Positions 17,223 through 23,635 of a DNA stretch of 64,000 bases are shown piece after piece. The stretch's first letter is position 1. Each line of letters begins with the position of its first letter. Under the pieces are notes generated by a model that was not told where the DNA came from, made no database searches, and saw nothing but the letters and a program-made list of their open reading frames with translations. The stretch covers positions 1-64,000 of IMG/VR virus record IMGVR_UViG_3300046739_000039; one strand, given 5' to 3'. Source of the DNA: a virus (Duplodnaviria; Caudoviricetes). Both the position numbers and the translations under genes were made by a program.

Positions 17223-17585
17223 ATGAGTAGAGATATTGAGGCTGTAAGAGCCGCACGACGCCGTTGGTATGAGAAGAACAAGGAAGCTGAGAAAGCTAAA
17301 GCCTTAACTCGTAAGAAAGAGCTAATAAAGCGCAATCAGGACTACATAAATGCCATTAAGGCCAGTCCCTGTACAGACTGCGGTGTTAGCTATCCTTACT
17401 ACGTTATGGACTTTGACCATCTCGTACAAAAAGATAAGACAGAACTTGTCAGTGTCTTAATGAGAAAGCCTGCAACTTTAGAGGTTATTCAAGCAGAGAT
17501 TGACAAGTGCGAGCTTGTGTGTTCTAATTGCCACAGAGCAAGAACACATACTCGCTCATATGCCACTGGTGTACCGGAAGCATGA
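17223..17585 (+). CDS. HNH endonuclease
   Basis: PCTDCG..YPYYVMDFDH...EIDKCELVCSNCHRART; extended -10 TGCTATACT just upstream suggests a leaderless transcript. Confidence 0.9.
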   Translation: MSRDIEAVRAARRRWYEKNKEAEKAKALTRKKELIKRNQDYINAIKASPCTDCGVSYPYYVMDFDHLVQKDKTELVSVLMRKPATLEVIQAEIDKCELVCSNCHRARTHTRSYATGVPEA

Positions 17586-17630
17586 CTGGCTCCAACCCAG
17601 CAGGACAAGGTTCGACTCCTTGGTGGCGTG
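17560..17630 (+). tRNA. tRNA-Trp(CCA), overlapping the HNH 3' end
   Basis: ATGCCAC/GTGGCGT acceptor; CTGG-CTCCAAC-CCAG; G73. Confidence 0.8.
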
Positions 17631-17634
17631 CAAT

Positions 17635-17666
17635 GAGTGTTGAGGGTTCGAATCCTTGACACCATG
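17635..17666 (+). pseudogene. 3' fragment of the interrupted tRNA-Trp
   Basis: GA completes the ACTGA anticodon stem; T-loop TTCGAAT; ACACCAT is the exact complement of ATGGTGT at 17165. Confidence 0.8.
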
Positions 17667-17716
17667 CGCTATATTTGATACGATAATGTTCAATCGCTTC
17701 CGCAAGGAAGCCTTAT

Positions 17717-17788
17717 TCCCGCGTAGCTCAATGGCAGAGCAGTCGACTGTTAATCGACCGGTTGTTGGTTCGAATCCAGCCGTGGGAG
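17717..17788 (+). tRNA. tRNA-Asn(GTT)
   Basis: GTCGA-CTGTTAA-TCGAC. Confidence 0.92.
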
Positions 17789-17791
17789 CTT

Positions 17792-17941
17792 GACAACGAT
17801 GCGTAGATAAGAGATACTTCATCGCAAAGGAAACCGCAGGTCGGAGGTTTGAATCCTCCCCTCCCGACCACTTCGGGTAGGTAGCTCAGTGGATAGAGCG
17901 GCGGTCACAGAAAAAGACTTTTATCGATCTTTCTAGTTGTC
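17792..17941 (+). ncRNA. Y-RNA-like RNA 1 (YrlA-type, circularly permuted tRNA domain)
   Basis: GACAAC/GTTGTC and GATAAGAG/CTTTTATC stems; inside: T arm GGAGG-TTTGAAT-CCTCC, closed acceptor stem with ACCA in the loop, D arm GCTC-AGTGGATA-GAGC; adjacent to Ro60. Confidence 0.8.
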
Positions 17942-17952
17942 TTTAAATTTAC

Positions 17953-18062
17953 ATACCGATGCGAAGACTAGGGTTACTTCTAACCAACCAAATATAGAGT
18001 GGGCAGGTTCGATTCCTCCCTCATGGGCTGGTGCCCTTTCCTTGGTCGCTTTTTCTAGGTAT
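17953..18062 (+). ncRNA. Y-RNA-like RNA 2 (reduced T-loop cargo)
   Basis: ATACC/GGTAT and GACTAGG/CCTTGGTC stems; shared GATGCGAAG...TTACTTC / TTTCTA motif; T-loop TTCGATT. Confidence 0.7.
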
Positions 18063-18078
18063 ACAACTTAACAAGCTT

Positions 18079-18151
18079 TACCCGATGCGTAGTCCACAGT
18101 TACTTCTTCAATTGGTGAAAACAAAGCACTGTAGACGATTTTTCTAGGGTA
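18079..18151 (+). ncRNA. Y-RNA-like RNA 3 (minimal)
   Basis: TACCC/GGGTA and GTCCACAGT/ACTGTAGAC stems; shared motif; only a small hairpin as cargo. Confidence 0.7.
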
Positions 18152-18161
18152 TATATTTTTA

Positions 18162-18309
18162 TGAGTACCGATGCGTAGTTCAGGAGTTACTTCTAATTTC
18201 CTGTTAAGAAAAAGGACCGGGTTCGAATCCCGGCGCGTCCATCCTTGGGCGTGAGGTGTAATGGCTGCATTAAGATATCACACTTCGGAACGCCTTTTCT
18301 AGGTACTCA
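18162..18309 (+). ncRNA. Y-RNA-like RNA 4 (permuted tRNA retaining an Asn GUU anticodon arm)
   Basis: TGAGTACC/GGTACTCA; shared motif; TTTC-CTGTTAA-GAAA, CCGGG-TTCGAAT-CCCGG, CGCGTCC/GGGCGTG, D arm GTGT-AATGGCT-GCAT. Confidence 0.75.
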
Positions 18310-18317
18310 ATTCTTAT

Positions 18318-18349
18318 ACCCCTATATCATGAGCGATATAGGGGTTTTT
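18318..18349 (+). terminator. intrinsic terminator after the Yrl array
   Basis: ACCCCTATATC/GATATAGGGGT followed by a T-tract. Confidence 0.7.
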
Positions 18350-18388
18350 AATTCACTTGTAACGTACCACACTATCAAGGAGGCAATA

Positions 18389-19975
18389 ATGGGTAAGTTC
18401 AACAAGCCTGTACGTACGGGAGTTACTTCTCCTGTAAAGACCACTAAGTCGGCTCTCAATGCAGACTTCAAGGCGGGTTTTGCGCGCACTCAGCAGAGTG
18501 AGCTGTTTCTACTTGCCGTTTCCAACTTTGTTGGTAAGGACACGTTTTACGAGACTGCCCAGAACCGTGATGACCGTTTCGCTAAGCTTTCTGCGGAAGT
18601 TGCTGTTGCGGACCCTCAGTGGTTCGGTGGCTTTGTCGGTTGGCTCCGTAACGACGCGTTCATGCGCTCTGCGTCCGTTGTAGCGGCTGTTGAGGGTGCT
18701 AAGGCACTCTACGACTCCGGAGTCATGAACGGGACTCCTAGGGCCCTTGTAGCAGCGTCTCAGGCGCGTGCTGATGAGCCTGGAGAGGTGCTGGCTTACT
18801 ACGAGGCTAAGTACGGTAAGAACTTCCCTGCCTTCCTTAAGAAGGGTGTTGCAGACGGCGCTAAGCGTCTCTACAACGAGTACTCTCTTCTTAAGTACGA
18901 CACTGACTCTAAGGGCTACCGTTTTGCGGATGTTCTTCAGTTGACTCACGCAAAGGCTGAGGGCACTAACCAGAATGCTCTGTTCAAGTACGCTTTGGAC
19001 CGACGTTATGGTAATGGCTCTATTGAAGGCCACGATTACGCGCTTGACATGATTAGCACTCGTGCTAACCTGATGGCTGCGCCTGTCGAGAAGCGTAAGG
19101 CTCTGATTGGTACTCAGGCCGGTATGCAGACTCTGTCTCGTGCCGGATTCACCTGGGAGGCGCTGTCTGGATGGCTTCAGGGTCCTATGGATGCTACAGC
19201 TTGGGAAGCGGTTATTCCTAACATGGGTTACATGGCGTTGCTCCGCAACCTGCGTAACTTTGTGGATGCGGAAATCTCTGCTACTGTTCTTCGCAGGGTT
19301 CTTAACAAGCTTGCTGATCCTGAGCAGGTTGCAAAGAGCAAGCAGTTCCCTTTCCGATTCCTTGCGGCTTACCAGGCTAACAAGGGTAACCTGAAGATCG
19401 CTTCGGCACTTGAGGAAGCTCTTGAGGCATCTCTGAGCAACGTTCCTTCTCTGAAGGGTCGTACTCTGATCCTGGTTGACCGTTCTGGTTCTATGTTTGA
19501 CACCAATGGTGGCACTCAGGGACTTGACAGAGCTGACACGGCTGCTATCTTTGGTTCTGCGCTTGCGCTTCGTGCCGAGGATGCTGACCTGGTTCAGTTC
19601 GGGTCTTCTTGGGGTGGACGTAAGCCTTACGAGGCTGTAACCTTCAAGAAGGGTAATTCTCTTCTGCCTATGCTGGACAAGTTCCGTGACATGGGTGGAA
19701 CCGATACCCGAGCTGCTGTTCAGGGGAGCTTCAAGAACCACGACCGTATTATCATCGTAACTGATGAGCAGTACAATGGTTGGGGTGGAGATCCGCTTAC
19801 CTCTGTTCCTGCTAACGTTCCTGTCTACACCTGGAACCTTGGCGGTTACCGAGTAGCCCAGAGTGAGTCTGGTTCTAAGAAGCGTCACACCTTCGGTGGA
19901 CTGACTGACAAGGGTTTCCAGATGATCCCTCTCATTGAGGCGGGTCAGAGCCAGCAGTGGCCTTGGGAAAGCTGA
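18389..19975 (+). CDS. rsr: Ro60/Rsr RNA-binding protein (TROVE plus vWA domains)
   Basis: SELFLLAVSNFVG..TFYE, RADEPGE.LAY, TWEALSGW, MGYMALLRNLRNF, SKQFPFRFLAAY, vWA MIDAS LVDRSGSM...GGTD...TDEQ; AGGAGG RBS at ATG 18389. Confidence 0.93.
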   Translation: MGKFNKPVRTGVTSPVKTTKSALNADFKAGFARTQQSELFLLAVSNFVGKDTFYETAQNRDDRFAKLSAEVAVADPQWFGGFVGWLRNDAFMRSASVVAAVEGAKALYDSGVMNGTPRALVAASQARADEPGEVLAYYEAKYGKNFPAFLKKGVADGAKRLYNEYSLLKYDTDSKGYRFADVLQLTHAKAEGTNQNALFKYALDRRYGNGSIEGHDYALDMISTRANLMAAPVEKRKALIGTQAGMQTLSRAGFTWEALSGWLQGPMDATAWEAVIPNMGYMALLRNLRNFVDAEISATVLRRVLNKLADPEQVAKSKQFPFRFLAAYQANKGNLKIASALEEALEASLSNVPSLKGRTLILVDRSGSMFDTNGGTQGLDRADTAAIFGSALALRAEDADLVQFGSSWGGRKPYEAVTFKKGNSLLPMLDKFRDMGGTDTRAAVQGSFKNHDRIIIVTDEQYNGWGGDPLTSVPANVPVYTWNLGGYRVAQSESGSKKRHTFGGLTDKGFQMIPLIEAGQSQQWPWES

Positions 19976-20022
19976 TGTGGTAAGATAGTACAACCGCAGA
20001 GGATCGGGTAAATCCTCACACT

Positions 20023-20094
20023 GGGGCTATAGTGTTAATGGCAACACGGAAGTTTTGCATACTTCAATTCGGGGTTCGAATCCCCGTAGCTCCA
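20023..20094 (+). tRNA. tRNA-Ala(TGC)
   Basis: GAAGT-TTTGCAT-ACTTC; G3:U70. Confidence 0.9.
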
Positions 20095-20189
20095 CATCGC
20101 AAATCCTGAGAGCGGGCTAAACCGGTTACGCCCTTAAGGGATGATTCCAGAGATGGTGACTACACTGGATTAACAAAGTAGTCACACCT

Positions 20190-20262
20190 GCTCCGGTAGC
20201 TCAGTTGGTAGAGCAGCAGGCTCTTAACCTGCGTGTCCACGGTTCGAGTCCGTGTCGGAGTA
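20190..20262 (+). tRNA. tRNA-Lys(CTT)
   Basis: GCAGG-CTCTTAA-CCTGC. Confidence 0.92.
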
Positions 20263-20407
20263 CAGTGTAGCTGAGAACAATCCCTGCGGCTTTGTATCGT
20301 AAATTGCTCACTAGGCAGCGTGCGCACCTGTCCTAGCCATATCAGTCCTATATGCGGTTGCAGACATGCGAGGGATCTATATGTACCCCTCATTGTATGG
20401 ACTTTAT

Positions 20408-20480
20408 GATTCATTAGCTCAGTTGGTAGAGCGGGAGACTTTTAATCTCATGGCCCTCGGTTCGAGTCCGAGATGAATCA
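20408..20480 (+). tRNA. tRNA-Lys(TTT)
   Basis: GAGA-CTTTTAA-TCTC. Confidence 0.92.
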
Positions 20481-20572
20481 CTTTTCCCGAGGAGGGATGT
20501 AGGAGAGGCAGTCGGAGATATCTCATATGAGATATGGCTAGCGACGTGTAGGGAAAAACTATTGGAGGAAAT

Positions 20573-21172
20573 ATGGAACCACGTGCAGGTGATTTCGGTT
20601 TAGTATCCATTAAAGGCGGAGTAGGTTTTCTTATTCGCATCGGTCAATGGCTAAACGGAGATGGCTTCTTAGATTACGAACATGCCTTTATTTATATTGG
20701 CAATGGTCAGATTGTAGAAGCTGAACCTGGTGGTGCTGTTATTTCTCAATTGGACTCCTATGACGGACGTCCAATTATGTGGTCTACTGATCTGATTCCC
20801 TTGACAGACGCACAGCGTAATGTCATAGTGGAGGCAGCAGTAAGTCAGGTAGGAACGCCGTATAGCTTCCTTGATTATCTGGCTATCGGGATGTACCGTC
20901 TAGGTATCAAGCATCCCGGCGTGGCAAATCGTGTTGAGCAGTCTAAGCACTTGATTTGTTCTCAGCTAGTAGCTGAAGACTTTTCCCGTGTCGGTGTGGC
21001 CCTTACGGACTATCCTCCGTACCTAGTTACTCCTGGACGTCTCACCAAGTATCTGCTACAGTTGAAGAGTTACAAGACATTGGCTTCACAGGTTCAAAGA
21101 TCTGGTGCCAACAGTGTAAATATTCAATCGGCAGGAGACGTTAACCTTGGCCGTATACGCGGACGTAAGTAA
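20573..21172 (+). CDS. permuted papain-like NlpC/P60 (YiiX/YebB-type) amidase
   Basis: GDFGLV, EHAFIYIG..QIVEA, VGTPYS, ICSQLVA with His preceding Cys. Confidence 0.8.
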   Translation: MEPRAGDFGLVSIKGGVGFLIRIGQWLNGDGFLDYEHAFIYIGNGQIVEAEPGGAVISQLDSYDGRPIMWSTDLIPLTDAQRNVIVEAAVSQVGTPYSFLDYLAIGMYRLGIKHPGVANRVEQSKHLICSQLVAEDFSRVGVALTDYPPYLVTPGRLTKYLLQLKSYKTLASQVQRSGANSVNIQSAGDVNLGRIRGRK

Positions 21173-21294
21173 TACTAAATGGTTCTTTATATGTCGTAGT
21201 TGTAAGCCTCATCTCATCTCTGATAGCTATCCTATTAGAGTAAAAGCTGAGCAGATGGAACAAAGACATATAGACCGCAAACACAAGTAAGTTT

Positions 21295-21367
21295 GTCTCC
21301 GTAGCTCAATGGATAGAGCGCTTGACTACGAATCAAGAGGTTGGGGGTTCGAATCCCTCCGGAGACA
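21295..21367 (+). tRNA. tRNA-Arg(ACG)
   Basis: CTTGA-CTACGAA-TCAAG. Confidence 0.93.
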
Positions 21368-21479
21368 CAGGGATATCTAAGCCGTTCTGAAACACACCCT
21401 ATAAAGTCTCAATGAACGGGAGATCCGCCAGAGTCTCTGATATCTGGCATTTTCTTTTAGCACTACCTTGGGAGTTGAT

Positions 21480-21983
21480 ATGTCTCGTACTCGTAAGGAT
21501 CGTCCATATTGGGTTCTAAAGCAAGACCCTAAAATGGATCGTTACGCAACGCATGACCATATGGTTGTTCTTTATGACGTAATTGGTGAAGAGCCTGTTT
21601 ATCGCAGCGTTCCTAATAAGCAAGGTTGGGGCTGGCATCGGGAAGTCTGGTACACGCGTAAGCTGTATGGTAAGACTGCTGTACCTGTTGAGTGCACACT
21701 TGACATACCTGAGGGTCCCCGCCATACTTGGAAGAGACGTCGCAGCCTACTAGACTCTGACCGTATCAACCAGAAGAACTGTTACTGGTGGCTTGACTAC
21801 TACCCTAACGTCCGTAGTCACAAGGACTTCAAGCAGTTGACAAGCGGCGCAGTACGGTCTAAGGTTAAGCAGAAGCTGCACGAAGCGGTGCGCGACTATG
21901 GTTCATCGCTCGATGAGGACATCTGGTACGATGTGGATGTCTTCGTAGACTCTAAGCACATCAACAAGGGTTGGTGGGACTAA
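21480..21983 (+). CDS. hypothetical basic protein
   Basis: GGAG RBS before MSRTRKDRP. Confidence 0.8.
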   Translation: MSRTRKDRPYWVLKQDPKMDRYATHDHMVVLYDVIGEEPVYRSVPNKQGWGWHREVWYTRKLYGKTAVPVECTLDIPEGPRHTWKRRRSLLDSDRINQKNCYWWLDYYPNVRSHKDFKQLTSGAVRSKVKQKLHEAVRDYGSSLDEDIWYDVDVFVDSKHINKGWWD

Positions 21984-21995
21984 TTAAGGAGTGCA

Positions 21996-22148
21996 ATGGG
22001 TAAGAAGGCAATCGGCGCCAAGGTCAATGTTCCTGGTGTCGGTAAGGGACTGGTAGAGTCTCACCCGCGTAAGATTAAGGGTGAAGAGGTCCAGGATGTT
22101 CGTATCGGAGACCACAAGGTTATTCGAGTCCCTACTGATAAGCTTTAG
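21996..22148 (+). CDS. small hypothetical protein (50 aa, SH3/KOW-like)
   Basis: AAGGAG RBS; MGKKAIGAKVNVPGVGKGLV. Confidence 0.7.
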   Translation: MGKKAIGAKVNVPGVGKGLVESHPRKIKGEEVQDVRIGDHKVIRVPTDKL

Positions 22149-22174
22149 GTATTACCCCGCCTTCGGGCGGATTT

Positions 22175-22252
22175 GCCCCAGTATCGCCCCCGGCTTCTAA
22201 CCGGTCTTTAAAAGCGTAATGGAGTATGCAGGTTCGAATCCTGTCTGGGGTA
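22175..22252 (+). tRNA. atypical tRNA-Arg(TCT) lacking a normal D arm
   Basis: acceptor GCCCCAG/CTGGGGT; CCGG-CTTCTAA-CCGG; T arm GCAGG-TTCGAAT-CCTGT; 8-nt D region and 23-nt variable region. Confidence 0.65.
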
Positions 22253-22281
22253 CGCAATGTAAACAACACTAAGGGGAAATA

Positions 22282-22452
22282 GTGAAGTTCAAGCGTGGCG
22301 ACAAGGTAGAGACCGTTGATGGTAGGGTTGGCAAGGTCACCTTTACTGACACGGCCCGTGGCAAGGTAGCTGTACAGGCTACTGAGGACGGTGTTGGTCA
22401 TCGCAAGGGTGATGAGCAAGCCTACAACGAAGGTGAAGTCCGCAAGGCTTAA
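22282..22452 (+). CDS. small hypothetical protein (56 aa, SH3/KOW-like)
   Basis: AAGGGG RBS; FKRGDKVETVDGRVGKV. Confidence 0.7.
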   Translation: MKFKRGDKVETVDGRVGKVTFTDTARGKVAVQATEDGVGHRKGDEQAYNEGEVRKA

Positions 22453-22492
22453 GCTATAATATATAGACCGATTTAAACTTAGGGGAAATAAC

Positions 22493-22660
22493 ATGGGAAC
22501 CCATCCCGGTAACTCACCTGTTCCTGAGAGGGCAGATCACCCTGTGAACTGTAATCTCTCCAAGAGCGGTAAGCACCAGCCTGTTACTAAGGAAGCTGTA
22601 TTCCAGGGCAACCACATCAAGTTCAAGGTGTGTAAGTCCTGTGGCGGTTCTTTGAAGTAA
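22493..22660 (+). CDS. small hypothetical Zn-binding protein (55 aa)
   Basis: AGGGG RBS; C...H...CKSC. Confidence 0.65.
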   Translation: MGTHPGNSPVPERADHPVNCNLSKSGKHQPVTKEAVFQGNHIKFKVCKSCGGSLK

Positions 22661-22685
22661 AGTACAACGGCCCTTCGGGGCTTAT

Positions 22686-22756
22686 GCCCGATTAGCTCAA
22701 TGGGAGAGCGGCGGTTTTACACACCGTATACGGGGGTTCGATTCCCTCATCGGGTA
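22686..22756 (+). tRNA. tRNA-Val(TAC)
   Basis: GCGGT-TTTACAC-ACCGT. Confidence 0.9.
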
Positions 22757-22927
22757 CGTGGCAAATAAACCAGAATATCCAAAACCAGCATTTCCTAAAC
22801 CAACTCAACCAAAGGGACCAAGTGGTCCGCCTAGAGGATACGATGAAGACTGACAAGGCCCTAGGGTCTCTATGGATAGTAATGGCAGTAGGTATCCTTT
22901 ACTGTCTAGCACATTTGAATGGCTAAT

Positions 22928-23005
22928 GGGTCTGGACGGTGTCGACGTAGGTGAAAGCCGCACGCGGAACGCTCACGGACAGGGGTTCGATTCCCCTCAG
23001 ATCCA
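22928..23005 (+). ncRNA. miniature tmRNA-like RNA (tRNA-like domain only, no mRNA domain)
   Basis: GGGTCTG/CAGATCC acceptor with G3:U70 and A73; stemless D loop GACGGTGTCGAC; GGAC-AGGGG-TTCGATT-CCCCT; only about 30 nt between the halves. Confidence 0.75.
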
Positions 23006-23066
23006 CGGCTGGTTATGCAGGAATTACCCCGTACCTGCGTGCTCAACGGTTAAGAGCCCAGCGCTT

Positions 23067-23144
23067 GCGCATTGACCTAATCTGATGGGATTCAGAGACA
23101 GTCTGCAAAACTGTTGGTTACCGGTTCGATTCCGGCAGTGCGCT
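23067..23144 (+). tRNA. atypical tRNA-Cys(GCA), 8/4 fold
   Basis: ACAGT-CTGCAAA-ACTGT; 8-bp acceptor GCGCATTG/CAGTGCGC; 4-bp T stem; U73. Confidence 0.75.
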
Positions 23145-23159
23145 CTTTAAGGAGATATA

Positions 23160-23267
23160 ATGGCTAAAGTAACTTGTGGCGTGTGTGAAGGTCGTAAGAC
23201 TGTTAAACGTCCGGGCGGTACAGTAACCTGTGGTGGTTGTAACGGTAAGGGTTACGTCAATAGATAA
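23160..23267 (+). CDS. 35-aa DnaJ-type zinc-finger miniprotein
   Basis: AAGGAG RBS; CGVCEG...CGGCNGKG. Confidence 0.7.
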   Translation: MAKVTCGVCEGRKTVKRPGGTVTCGGCNGKGYVNR

Positions 23268-23272
23268 TACTC

Positions 23273-23357
23273 GGAGATATGCCAGAGCGGTCTAATGGGC
23301 TCGACTGCTAATCGAGTAGGGATAAAACCCACGGGAGTTCGAATCTCCCTATCTCCG
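23273..23357 (+). tRNA. tRNA-Ser(GCT)
   Basis: CTCGA-CTGCTAA-TCGAG; long variable arm. Confidence 0.92.
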
Positions 23358-23362
23358 CGCAT

Positions 23363-23446
23363 GGAAGAGAAGCAAATGGTTAGCGGCTACGCTGGAAACG
23401 TAGTAAGGCTCTCAAGGCCGAGCGGGTTCGATTCCCGTCTCTTCCG
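23363..23446 (+). tRNA. tRNA-Ser(GGA)
   Basis: CTACG-CTGGAAA-CGTAG; long variable arm. Confidence 0.88.
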
Positions 23447-23545
23447 CAGCACTTAGGCAGTGCAACCCTATGTGGTCTGCCTTTTATCGCGGTCTGGCCT
23501 AACGCCAGGGGCTCCGGTACTAAAACAAAATCAGTAGGGCACAAT

Positions 23546-23631
23546 GGAAGAACTAACATCGGTGGCGTGGCAGCGTCTTGAAAACGCTACGGGGGTGAAA
23601 CTCCGTGGGGGTTCGAATCCCTCTTCTTCCG
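23546..23631 (+). tRNA. tRNA-Ser(TGA)
   Basis: AGCGT-CTTGAAA-ACGCT; long variable arm. Confidence 0.88.
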
Positions 23632-23635
23632 CTTT

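Noticed and set aside
17792-18309. CRISPR array interpretation of the four repeats
   Set aside because: The repeats are bipartite with covarying stems and irregular spacing, the inserts are tRNA-like, and there are no cas genes.
18245-18388. N-terminal extension of the Ro60 ORF in the ORF track
   Set aside because: It overlaps Yrl-4 and a terminator; a strong AGGAGG RBS supports ATG 18389.
18509-19993. Long antisense ORFs (also 4707-5684, 24677-25597, 61171-62046)
   Set aside because: These are shadow frames of well-supported genes on the opposite strand.
22872-23075. 67-aa ORF, or a full-length tmRNA
   Set aside because: The ORF overlaps structured RNAs and lacks an RBS; there is no space for a tag reading frame between the tmRNA-like ends.
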